Shown piece after piece: positions 1-11,300 of a DNA stretch of 64,000 nt. The stretch is from NCBI GenBank assembly GCA_021613535.1, contig CP075492.1:17174001-17238000 (forward strand), in the 5' to 3' direction. The position numbers and the translations under genes are program-made. Numbering within the stretch: the stretch's first letter is position 1; every line of letters begins with the position of its first letter. The DNA is from Adineta vaga (taxonomy: Eukaryota > Animalia > Rotifera). Below the pieces are notes generated by a model. It ran no database searches. It was not told where the DNA came from and saw only the letters and a list, made by a program, of their open reading frames with translations.

Positions 1-403
1 TTACGATGGAAGTGACAATCGTTTGCTTTCATTATATCGTTATGAAAAATATATGCATGAATGGATATTACTTGGTCAATTAAAATATTATTTATTACCA
101 TTTCACAATAAATTTACAAGTATGACTACTGTGTTTCTTCCTCAAATCAATCGATTGGTGAAAAAACTCGCTGTATTAATAAGTATATGTACGATTTATA
201 TATGCATTGAACCAAATAGTAATGAAATTAACGTCAACAATATTCGCTTTATCGATATGAGCAAAATACAAACGAAACAATATATTTTATCCGATGATCT
301 GAGAGCACTATCAAGAAATAATTTTATTCCTGATGAAACATATTACGATATACCAAATGACGAAAAATTCATTGCAAGAGACCTTTTTGATTATTTTACT
401 TAA
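1..403 (+). CDS. 3' end of an uncharacterised protein gene running in from the left edge
   Basis: Open frame to TAA at 401-403 with protein-like composition; start not seen. Confidence 0.5.
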   Translation, partial: YDGSDNRLLSLYRYEKYMHEWILLGQLKYYLLPFHNKFTSMTTVFLPQINRLVKKLAVLISICTIYICIEPNSNEINVNNIRFIDMSKIQTKQYILSDDLRALSRNNFIPDETYYDIPNDEKFIARDLFDYFT

Positions 404-471
404 AAATTCTACAATTTAATATTTGATTTATCCAGAGTGACTCGCTCAATCCTCGACTGAATTAATGAATC

Positions 472-548
472 TTGAGGGTGTGGGTGGGGGTGGCTGGATA
501 TGTTCAGTCTTCATCCACATCCACACCCACACCCACCTTTATTCTCAA
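472..548. repeat. Intergenic palindrome P1
   Basis: TTGAGGGTGTGGGTGGGGGTGG...CCACATCCACACCCACACCCACC..TTCTCAA. Confidence 0.9.
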
Positions 549-858
549 AATATTACAAGTAAACTTTTCTCTAACTCAAGTAAGTTTTGCAAAAGAATTC
601 GTTCTCATCGAAAAATATCAAGAAAAACAGTATCTTCATAGGAAGTTGTACTACTTAAAACATTTAATTTCACATTGATTTTCCCGATAAATATTTTAAA
701 TTTATCAAATATATATAAATTCAAAAGGCACATTCATATCCTCAAACATTTGAAGAATCTTTTATTGAAAAGTAAAACAATATTATTACAAATTACAAAT
801 TACAAAATAAGAAGAAATAGATCGATTACGGTCAAATGTCTATCTTTCAGATCTGTTC

Positions 859-1325
859 TTAGAATATTTTTTTACATATAAAAGCAATCAATGCTACTAA
901 TATACAACATCCGCAAATACTTCCAATAATGACACCAATCAGTCCACCGAGTGTCAAAGCTCCCCATCGACGAATACTAGGTCTACAACTTCGAGTAGAA
1001 TCAACACATGAATCAGTCGCTAGTATAGAAAAACAAAATTATTGTTTACTATTCTTTATTTTCTCAACTGCACTTACACGCACAACACCATGGAGCAAAA
1101 GCTGTGCCACAACATCGACCTTAATTAATAAATAAAGAATGAAAACTAGTTTTGAAAAATAACACGAATTTTTCGTTTTTACATACCATTTTTTCCATTA
1201 TATGCTGTACTACAACTTCCTTGTTGATTGCAACAACTTATACATTGAGGAGTTTGTGCCAATGTTAGACTGAAAATCGCAATTAATACGAATAGTATAC
1301 AAAAAACATAGGTTAAAGAGGACAT
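859..1325 (-). CDS. Small Cys-rich single-pass membrane protein, 3 exons, absent from the ORF track
   Basis: Manual splice with two GT-AG introns gives MSSLTYVFCILFVLIAIFSLTLAQTPQCISCCNQQGSCSTAYNGKNGRCCGTAFAPWCCASTDSCVDSTRSCRPSIRRWGALTLGGLIGVIIGSICGCCILVALIAFICKKIF* (signal peptide, Cys-rich ectodomain, TM helix). Confidence 0.8.
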
Positions 1326-1579
1326 TTTATGAAGAATCTTTCGTAACAACCGTTAGAAAGAAAAACGAAACGAAGTATATTTCAGATTTGATCAAATCTT
1401 TTATATACGTTTTATTATGAAGAGAACGCAAAAGCAAAAAAGAATGATTTATATGATTTCACTAATATCAGTTATTTTTTATTTCTCTTTTTATCAGTAA
1501 ATCCAATATTTACCATTCAACTATTTTAGGAAGTAAATCTTAACTATTCAAAATCTCGATGATAAGAGAAGACAAAAAA

Positions 1580-1592
1580 TCCACACTCTCAA
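1580..1592. repeat. Right half-site of the palindrome family (P1b)
   Basis: TCCACACTCTCAA between two genes. Confidence 0.5.
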
Positions 1593-1599
1593 AATGCAA

Positions 1600-2026
1600 A
1601 TGATCGTTGGAGAAATTTTATGAAAAGGACATTATAGGAGATGATTTTGCAGTGTATTGCGTGGATCTATCCATGTACATTTGATGTTGGATTCAGGACA
1701 GGAAATTGTTGTTCGTGTTGATTAATATCACCACGTTATATATTTTTTTGACCACATCGTTTGCAGCGCATGCATAGTCGATCTAACTCATTAAGTACGA
1801 TACGTGTCGAGAATTGGTAAATTTCTAATGTGGATACTACACTACGACAACTTGAACACGTTCACTGATTATTGATCCATGACTCGATACATTGTTTACA
1901 AAATGTATGACCACTTCTTGCACTCGTTGGTATTTCAAATGGTTGCGTAGAAATTGAACATTTTAATTCGCCATCAATATACTCATACACATCAGATGAT
2001 TTAGATAATGTGTATTGAGCAGTCAT
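1600..2026 (-). pseudogene. RING finger / TRAF-type zinc finger pseudogene
   Basis: MTAQ...IDGELKCSISTQPFEIPTSARSGHTFCKQCIESWINNQ*TCSSCR...IVLNELDRLCMRCKRCGQKNI*RGD; degenerate C3HC4 RING, in-frame stops. Confidence 0.75.
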
Positions 2027-2114
2027 TAATGTACGAAAGACCTGTATTGATTTCTAGAGTAAGAATAGAGTTTTATTATGTAATAATCAGAATATAGAAT
2101 CTTGTGCAATGAGA

Positions 2115-2775
2115 AAAAAACATCTCGAGAGTAGATAAACTTTAAAATCATATATGTGGATATTTACACTAACATAAAAACAAGTACTGTTGATTTTCAT
2201 ACTCTTCTCATAAATATAGGAGGAAAATTTATTCTTCCATTGCAAACAAATGCTGAAATGAAAAATGAATAATGCAAACCAAAGATAAGATAAATAGGTA
2301 GGTTTTTTCTCTTGTGCTATAAAAATCGATACAGTAAAAAAGTTAAGAACCTACACTATATTACTGATGAGTTTCCAGATAATTGTGAGTATTCACTACT
2401 GCACCAGACAACGACAAAAAGAATAAATAAAAAATTGAAGTCGTAAAATAATAAACTATGTCATTAGCACCGCCGATATCTATAACTAATCTTAATAATC
2501 AATTCAGTCAAATAGCATCTAAATGAGATTGAATAGTACAACATTCCTTTCATTCGTTATTGTGGTGACAAAATATTGTTTCTAACTAGCAATAGAAAAT
2601 TCCACCATTAACTTTCATTACAGAATAAAGTGCAGACATTTTCACTATTTACATGACGTAAAGTATTCTTGTATTCTTTCCAATTTTTAATGCATTTGAC
2701 AATGTAAAGAAATTCTTTCTTGAGGACGGGTGTGACTGTATCCCTTCTTCTTTTCACACGCACCCACGCCCTCAA
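2115..2775 (+). repeat. Local duplication copy A (copy B at 16081-16777)
   Basis: Long shared blocks such as AGAGTAGATAAACTTTAAAATCATATATGTGGATATTTACACTAACATAAAAACAA, with two indels; similarity ends in the palindrome. Confidence 0.9.
2720..2775. repeat. Intergenic palindrome P2
   Basis: TTGAGGACGGGTGTGA-CTGTATCCCTTCTTCTTT-TCACACGCACCCACGCCCTCAA. Confidence 0.9.
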
Positions 2776-2961
2776 GATAAGTTTAAAACTATCGAGAATT
2801 GAAGAAAGCCTTCGCACAATATAAACTTAAAGCATGTTTTTCGAAATAAAAGTCACTCGCTTCTGTCACTTGCAATATTTATTCTTAAATAGCCTCATCG
2901 AGAGCAATAATAATATCGTGAACATAAGTTTATATATGATAATATTTTGTTTTTCAGAGGT

Positions 2962-4977
2962 CTAGTCACGTTTTCTTTTTCTTCTAGTTTCATGAAGAGA
3001 AGCAGATGAAAAATCGTTTGTGTCGTTATTTACATTGGCAACGATTAGACTATTTGCACCCAGAATCGTATCAGCTTTTTCCAATAGTTCTTTCGTTTGT
3101 TGCAGTTCTTTTCTTTTTGCTCGTACAGAAGCATCAGTAGTAAGATATAAATCAATAAGATAATCTTGTTCAATAGGAATACGTCTTAATTGATCTCGCA
3201 TACCAGAACATACACTAAAGACACATTCAGCACGTACAGATAATGCTATATAATCTATGAATCGTTTTGTTAGAACTTTCCAATATAAATAAATACTAAA
3301 TAACATTTCTTGTACGGACGATTCTTCATTTAAAGCGGATTTCAATAATAATTCGTCATCATTATCATCAATATGTGTTTTGTCAGAAGACAAAGAACTA
3401 AAATTGAACACTGAACCGGTCGATTTTTTACTTGTTAAAGGATTTTTTAATTTAGCCATTGTCTCCGTATAATAATTATTCATCGTATATGGATCAAACT
3501 TTTCCAATCGAATTAAATCTTGCACTTGTTTAAGAACAGCATTCTTCTGTTGATTCAAATGTAAATCAACAGCTTTATGAAAAATTGGTGTTAATTTCAT
3601 TAATAATAAATTATCCTGGATTGTATCATTTTCAGTACTTAATAACACTTTGGATACTTCATGAAAACATTGTTCAATAAGATTGTTAGCCATTTCAGAT
3701 AATTGATCAAGTCTTTCTCCTATCAAATATTTTAAGACAGGATTTGAAAGGAAATTTGGTAATTGTTCACCCTCACATCCTGACATCGCATTTCGTACTT
3801 TTTCTCGATATTCTTTTTTAAATAATTCTTCAGTATATTTACGAATATCTTGTTGAAATTGTACTAATTTACGATGTAAGATATTAATCATACTTGTATG
3901 TTGACCATAATTGCGATCTTCAAGACGTGCTTTCAAAATATGTTCAATATAGTAATCAGTAAGTTCATGATATTTAGCTAAACGTGCTGATTTTGTCTCC
4001 AATTCTTGTGGTAATTTAGATAATTGTGCCCGAATATCTTTTGATTTCTGTTGAATATCACTTCTCATTTTAGGAAACGTTGCTTTCACGCGGTCGCAAT
4101 ATAAATCAGCTAAACAATTGATTAATGCATCAATTCCGAGACAATTCCACCCAATAGTAGTCAATGCAGGATGTTTTTGAAAAAAATCCTTCTCACGCTG
4201 ACGTGCTTCGTTTAATGAGAGATGTTCTGTTGCTTCGCGGTTACGAACAGCTATAAAACCTAATTTTAATTGTTGAATATTGTTTCTACTCATTGATAGT
4301 TCTTGAACCAAATCGTTTGGATTAGGTGCTAGATCAGATTTTGTAATAACACCTATAGTCCGAGTACCTAATTTATCATATTCTCGTGCGAGTGCGAACG
4401 ATTCCACCGTTCCAATGTCAACATTAGCAGGAAAGACGCATAAAATAACACTACTTTCTTGACGAATATATTTTCGAATTAAATCAGTAGTTTGTTTATA
4501 AATATTTTTTGGTTGATCTGCAATAGGATTTCGTGCGATGCCAGGTAGATCTACAATGGTTAAATCCCGTATGTTAGGACCTTCAACTTGTAATTCAATC
4601 AGTTTATCAACTATTTTTTTATTATTCCCAGCTAACTTTCTAGTTTGACTTTCAATATAATTCCGAATATCCACTCTCGTTGTATCCAAGACCACTTTCT
4701 TTTCTCCATTTTGTATGTGATAAACTAGTCTAGTATCAGATTTACGTAATCTTAGCACAAGTGGACATCGAGTTACAATACCAGAACCTTTTGGAAGTTC
4801 GACCTCTGATAATGCTTCTAATAATGTTGATTTACCACTTGATTGATCACCCACAACGACAACGGTTGGAAAATCAATACCATGATTATCTGATGATATT
4901 AATAATGATCGAACTTCATCAATTTTATCCATAAGAGAACCAACTTTTTCATCGTACACATGTGTAAAATGAGCCAT
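2962..4977 (-). CDS. Mx-like dynamin-superfamily GTPase, intronless
   Basis: G1 GDQSSGKS, LPKGSGIVTRCPL signature, G3 DLPG, G4 TKSD, middle domain and GED-like C-terminus; no PH or PRD. Confidence 0.92.
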   Translation of the reverse strand: MAHFTHVYDEKVGSLMDKIDEVRSLLISSDNHGIDFPTVVVVGDQSSGKSTLLEALSEVELPKGSGIVTRCPLVLRLRKSDTRLVYHIQNGEKKVVLDTTRVDIRNYIESQTRKLAGNNKKIVDKLIELQVEGPNIRDLTIVDLPGIARNPIADQPKNIYKQTTDLIRKYIRQESSVILCVFPANVDIGTVESFALAREYDKLGTRTIGVITKSDLAPNPNDLVQELSMSRNNIQQLKLGFIAVRNREATEHLSLNEARQREKDFFQKHPALTTIGWNCLGIDALINCLADLYCDRVKATFPKMRSDIQQKSKDIRAQLSKLPQELETKSARLAKYHELTDYYIEHILKARLEDRNYGQHTSMINILHRKLVQFQQDIRKYTEELFKKEYREKVRNAMSGCEGEQLPNFLSNPVLKYLIGERLDQLSEMANNLIEQCFHEVSKVLLSTENDTIQDNLLLMKLTPIFHKAVDLHLNQQKNAVLKQVQDLIRLEKFDPYTMNNYYTETMAKLKNPLTSKKSTGSVFNFSSLSSDKTHIDDNDDELLLKSALNEESSVQEMLFSIYLYWKVLTKRFIDYIALSVRAECVFSVCSGMRDQLRRIPIEQDYLIDLYLTTDASVRAKRKELQQTKELLEKADTILGANSLIVANVNNDTNDFSSASLHETRRKRKRD

Positions 4978-5146
4978 ACGTTGTTAATCGTCAATATATT
5001 ATCTTAAATAATCAAAATGTGAATTAATTAATTAAGTTAATTTATATTTAACTTCAGAATAAATAACAATCAGTATACTTTCCATCTAAAAAGGACACAC
5101 GTATGAAAAATACGTCTACAGTGTATTATTGAATATTTAATTTTAA

Positions 5147-5420
5147 CTCTTTCAATCCCGACAGTTTCTTGCGTTCTGCAAAAACACGAAAAAAAAAATT
5201 AAAAAATCGCTCACTCTTGCGTTTAATCAGCTGTATTTAAAATCTAGTGTGATTATTATGACATTAGAAAAGAAAAAGAAGTTGCTGTTATAAAAAGAAC
5301 CATGTGTGATAATTCGATTGAACATCACATGACATTCGTTTTCTAAGACGACGAAACAACGAAATAAAATCTTTTGCATTCTGTATGGCATCTACGAGAT
5401 GCCATGCGGGATTGAAAGGA
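5147..5420. mobile_element. piggyBac-like MITE
   Basis: TIRs CTCTTTCAATCCCG / CGGGATTGAAAGGA, TTAA on both sides (5143-5146, 5421-5424); subterminal hairpin ATGGCATCT-ACG-AGATGCCAT. Confidence 0.7.
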
Positions 5421-6472
5421 TTAAAGAGATGTTAGCACTGATAAAATCAATCTCTCTTTGTTTCTTCCTACGTTTAACACATGTAAGTGCGAGTGTTCAA
5501 ACACAAATGAATATATTCTTCTAGTTTTCTATCAAATAATAATTTCTGTCAGAGGTATATAAATCTTAAAAACGTTTTTGTGAAAAAACCCAGTCACTTC
5601 TTTTGCAATAAGGAACCAATCGTCTATAATTCATGACAGATGTCACATTTTGTTCGTTCTTTTCTTTTATATATATGGTTTCCATGTAAAATAAAACTTT
5701 CATCTGCAAACAACACTTCATTCTTTCCTGATAACGTCTTGAAAGGATATAAACCTGTCAAAATCGGATATAAATTGACATATTGAATTACAATCACGTT
5801 CTTTTGATAAAGTTAGACGTCCCTATATCTTCATGTCAGTTATAATTAATATTCTCATGTTACACTTGTTTATTCTTGATTATCAACTTTGAAAAAGAAA
5901 AAAAATATATTCCTGATCAAAGACTGTTTGAATGTGTTAATACAATCAGCCATATTCACAAATTACTTGTTGGTCACCTCACAGCAAAATCGTGGCCAAA
6001 AAGCGATGATTCATACGACTGTTTCATTCTCATGAACAACTTCTCTATTCTCTCTTATATGGCACCTTTCTCTTTGATGATGATCTACTTAATTGGATAG
6101 CAATTGGCAAAAGGATAGGGAGACAGAGAAAGGATCAAAAGGTAAAAGAAATTAAAAGAAAAAGTTATGTGCAATGTGACTGTGGAACAATTCGTATGTG
6201 ATCGAAGTTGAAAATGAAACGAATGAATTCTTTTTGGCCACGGCCCCCAGCTATTTCGTGGCCGAAAGGCAATTTGTGAATATGGCTCATTCATTATATA
6301 CCTTAATAATAAAATCTTTTAAAATACATTGAAAAATCATCAGATAGTTTATAAAGATAATTGTTCATACGCTTACTAGGATAATAAGAACAGCATCTTT
6401 CAAAATACCAACAACAGAAATGATTTGCACTGTGCTCATTGCAACTGAAATTGTGACACGTAAAATATCATC

Positions 6473-6533
6473 TTGAGGGTGTGGGTGTGAGGATATACTA
6501 GACAACATCATACACTCACACCCACCCTCTTAA
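6473..6533. repeat. Intergenic palindrome P3
   Basis: TTGAGGGTGTGGGTGTGAG...ACACTCACACCCACCCTCTTAA. Confidence 0.9.
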
Positions 6534-7608
6534 AAATCAATTCAGCTCATTCAGCTGAAATACGATAGAGATATTCAACTTTTGGTGTCCGTTTCCCAAG
6601 CTAGTGGACATCCAATAAAATTAACTTTGCTTTCGATTCCTTCAAGAATTGTAAAGGAATCGGCTGATGATGCTGGTTGTTTCGGTGAAATGTTGACAGT
6701 ATGGTTGCTTGACTTCCTCTGAGGATGGTGTGTGTATTTTATTAGGATTAACAATAGAGAAAACTCACAGAAATAAAGAGAAAAATTGTTGAAAAAATAG
6801 TAGAAGGAGAAACTGACTACTCGATAATGTTTGGTTTTCGGTCCGGATGCGTACTTGTCCGATTTTACCTAAGAAGAAAAAATAGTGATTAAACCTTTCA
6901 AGCCCCGGTTGTTTTTGGAAAAATACAAAATTTATGAAAAATGTTCAAATATATTCTTAAAAAAAATTATACTTCGTGTCCAACAAACATTAGTATTTTA
7001 TTCTTATATGACATTCTTCGAAGCAATCAGCAATAGATAGAAGTAGATTTCAGTTGGACAGGCATATCTTGTATCGAGTCGAACATTCTGGGAGATAATA
7101 GAATGAAAAAGCACAAAATGATAATAAGTCTAGTTGAAAAATTCATATAGGAAATAAAATAATACCCGAGGAAGATACCTTTAGTAAAGTCACACATTGT
7201 AAGTATACATGAACATGCAGAGAGCAAAGAAAACGGCGACATATACTGTCTTTATGTAGAACAACAACAGAGAATGTACGACAAGTATATCAACTATAGA
7301 TTTCGAGCATGATACCGTGGCTCTAGTCCGTAACCTAACAAATAAAACCCTCTTCCAAATAACCAGAGAATATGCTGATGACATATTTGCCCCGTCACTA
7401 AATTTGGACGTGCTTATAAGTAACCGATATTCTAGATCGAATACCGAGACATACACATACATCGCCGGGACTCAAACAAATAATTAAGTACCATAAAGTA
7501 CTGGGAATTATAACCTCAAAGAAGAATCTACGAATGCTAGAATAAAATATCAAAACATTCTTGCGGCAAGTTTTCAAGGAAACACTATATGGACACAACA
7601 TACCTGGC

Positions 7609-7851
7609 TTAAAGACAAACACCAGGAAAGCCGGAACCTGGAATAGAACCAAGACAACGACAGCCCCAAGGACAAGAATCATCACTGACAGGATAACAAC
7701 CACCACCACTACAAAAAGAAGGTTTCTTCACTAATTGATGGAGAATGTTATTGCGCGATACATCTGGAATTTTAGTTGCTAGTGTCATGCAGCTTATTAC
7801 CATTAAGGCCAAGAGCACGATCAAACGAATCATTTGGCTGATCTTCTGCAT
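7609..7851 (-). CDS. Secreted prepro-peptide with a 6-Cys knottin-like mature domain
   Basis: Signal peptide, propeptide ending KK, then CSGGGCYPVSDDSCPWGCRCLGSIPGSGFPGVC. Confidence 0.75.
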   Translation of the reverse strand: MQKISQMIRLIVLLALMVISCMTLATKIPDVSRNNILHQLVKKPSFCSGGGCYPVSDDSCPWGCRCLGSIPGSGFPGVCL

Positions 7852-8143
7852 TATTGTTTCTTGCTTCTCGACACTTGAGGAGACAGTAGTAGATACGTCA
7901 ATAACATGCTCCTACAGTTATACGCTGTCGTTAAATACACGCCGATCGCCGAGCCAGGAGGAATCTATGAGAAAAGAGTATTTCTCTAGAAATTGAGAGA
8001 GACAGATGTCTTTTTTTCTCGCGAGGTGAAAGGCCGTTTGACTGTGGGTGGCACTTAATTTTAGTTTATTGAAGCAGGTGAAGTAATTCACGAGGCAACC
8101 TTTCCAACTGGCTAATCTGTCGAGCAGAGGCGTCGAAAGTCGG

Positions 8144-8184
8144 AGAGGGTGTGGTTCTTCTCTTTATAACACCCACACCTTCAA
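8144..8184. repeat. Intergenic palindrome P4
   Basis: AGAGGGTGTGG-TTCTTCTCTTTATA-ACACCCACACCTTCAA. Confidence 0.85.
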
Positions 8185-8316
8185 AATGTCTCGATGTACT
8201 ATTCAGAAGCTCTGTCTAACTCTTTGTTTAAACTAGAGATTGGCATGATGGTCCCGCTCATCTCTAATTTAAAGCTATATTTTATTTTGCAAATACATGA
8301 AGCGTAGAACATTAGT

Positions 8317-11300
8317 CTATCGTTGCCAAATACGTTGGATTGACTCAGTGAATTGTTCTCTGTACATCTGTGACGGTAAAACAAATACTGTAAATGTCAT
8401 CATCGATGGAATAAAGGAAATAAAATAACCAATGAAATATAACCAAGATTCTCTAGCTGATTTCATACATCCTGATAATAGTGATATAATTAGACGTGGT
8501 AAACTTAATGCAACAAGAATTAATGGTGAAATGAGCAGATGTTTATGTTGTTTAATTTGTTCCATCAAATGTTCTTTAAATAACTTTTTTTTTTGACAAT
8601 TTGAACGAGTAAGAGCTGCACTTATAATAATGGTTAAAGCTGAAATACAGTTAATCGAGAATGGAACAAGAAAATGAAAGATATTTATAATCCAGTCTAA
8701 TATTTGTATAGATGATGAATATTTGTTTACACACCATGTACGTTTTTCTTCTTCTTCTTCTTCTTCATCGATTAAATAACGATTAAGTGGATCATAAATA
8801 TAACTAGAAATTGTTAATAGAGTAACAATGAAAATAATCCATTTAGACATTTGTTTACTTTTTGATTTATCAAAATGAATTCCTTTTAAAATATTAACAG
8901 CTCGTTCAATGGCAACACAGGCACTAAACCAATCACTAATACTTGAAAGACATCGAAGAAAAAAATCTATGAATACACATTGAACATATAAAAATAAACG
9001 ATTGTTAATTAAACCGATGTGTGATGCTAGGAGAAAACAAATCTTCATTATAAGTACTATAACGATGATCAAAGATAAAATTGATGAAACAAAAAGATAA
9101 ATACCACAACCAACTTGACGAGTTATTTCTTCTTTAAATGTTATAATCGATAGGAAACTGTTTATAAAACCTAAAACGAACATAAATATAGTACTTAATA
9201 TTGCAACTTTGATAATAATAGATTGTTGACTAATTCCAGTTCTAGGTTGAATGTGATATCCTAAAATAATATCCAATGAAAGGGTCGCTCCTGTAGTAGA
9301 AAATTGACATCTTCGTCCGAAAGAACATTGACGACAACCACAAATCGATGGTGTTGGACATTTTGGATCATCTTGAAAACAATAACCTTTGTTTTCACAA
9401 ATATTATATTCTCCACAAGTATAATTCATATTATGATCAAATTCAAAACAATTAGCTTGTCGATCACGATTACATAAACAGAAGTGTACTTTATCATAAA
9501 AACAAACTAAATCCAAGTGTTTTTTACATGGACTATGATAAAATTTTATATTTTTTAATAAATGTTGATTAGCAAATGTCTCATTGAAGAGTTCAATAAT
9601 AGATCGACACCGATGAGAAGGAATAATTTCTGTAGATATATTTGAAGAAACAATACTTTTTTCCATAAGAACAATTAAATAATGTTGATCAGACATTTCT
9701 GCAAAGGCAATATTGAACGGCTCTGTAACATAAACTACCAATGAATATTGAACAAATCCTATTTTTTAAAAATACTTCTTCTTTTAAGTTTCTTTTGCTT
9801 ACCAATGGTTACGAAATGAACTAGTAAAAGTGATGGAATAGATACTTTACGATGAAATGATATATGAATTCGAGTTCGTTTTTTTTCATATTGACAACGA
9901 GGTCCAGTATATTCTTCCTTACAAATACATATATAATCATTCGAATCGCTTGATACGTGTCGGATATCTTTTGATATATACTGTTCACCATGAAGACAGA
10001 GTTCAGCATAGGATGAATGCTGAGAAAGATAACATCGTGAACCAAATCGACCAGGTGGACATAAACAGATGGAATCACTAATACAAACTGAATCTGCTGA
10101 ACAATTACATTCATATTCAATATCACATTGAACACCTGACCAACGTGGTTCACATCGGCAAAATGTTGACATTGGATCGTTGATATAGGCAAAGCATTGA
10201 CCATGAATGCATGGTAACATACATTTATATTGAACGTTTATATTGAACGCGGGAATTTTAAGTAAAACGGCTAAACGATGTACAGGAAGGAATGGAAATC
10301 GAAGCGGAAAAATCCAACTGATCCGATAATTCAATGTCAATTGATTGAATGCATCTATTTGTACTGAATACGTTTTTGATAAGTTTTTTGAGCTTGTTGA
10401 ATAGAGTAAATAAATATTATATTTATTTCGACATTCTCTAATAGGTAGATATTCAATATGATCATGTGATTGAATATTTCTTTCATTATCAATTAGAGTA
10501 ATTAAAAAAATGAATATACTTTGCCAATCTTCCGATATTTGTATCTGAACTGTAAGACTAACACGTTGATTTTGATATTGACATTTATCTCCAGAATAAC
10601 TTGGTGGACATAGACAATATAATTTCTTAGTATCATCATCCATTCGAATTCGAATAGTTATCCCTCGATTACATAACCATTCATAATCAGAATTAAATTC
10701 TATTGGATCTACAAATAACGAACGATCCTGATCTTCAAAAAAAGCTGAACGGGTATCAGTGCTTAATGACAATGGATAATTTTTCATATTGTATAATTTG
10801 AAATAAGTATTTGCTGCTCGAAAGACAGTTCTATCTTTACATACAAATGATTCGATATTTGTCAACGGGGGATAACAGTTCATGAGTCCAGAAAGTTTAA
10901 AGTTCTTACAGAATGATTCATCATCATTAAATTTACAGTCTGTTTGATTGTTGCAAATTTTATCAAGTTTAATAGACTTCGAATCATTCCAACAATGAAA
11001 GTCATATTCGACACCATTCATACTTTCTCTCGAATAAGATTTTCGTTCATCTGTTCCACCGAGACAATTATCAATACCATCGCCAGCTTGATGAATTGGT
11101 AAACATGACACTTTTGATGTATCATTATGAAAAATACAGCTATGATGAAGTACAGGACAAGTCGAAGATAAACAATCAACTTCATCAGCTCCATCTTTAC
11201 ACAACCAATGTCGATTACATCTTGTATAAGTGTTACTACATGGCCAATCGTCACATTTTGTTTCATCCGTTTCATATTCGTCATCTATTAATATAGGTAA

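Noticed and set aside
472-678. ORFs overlapping palindromes (e.g. 472-678, 2608-2817, 27430-27660, 25151-25378)
   Set aside because: RVWV, TPTP and GCGC peptides are translations of the repeat arms, not genes.
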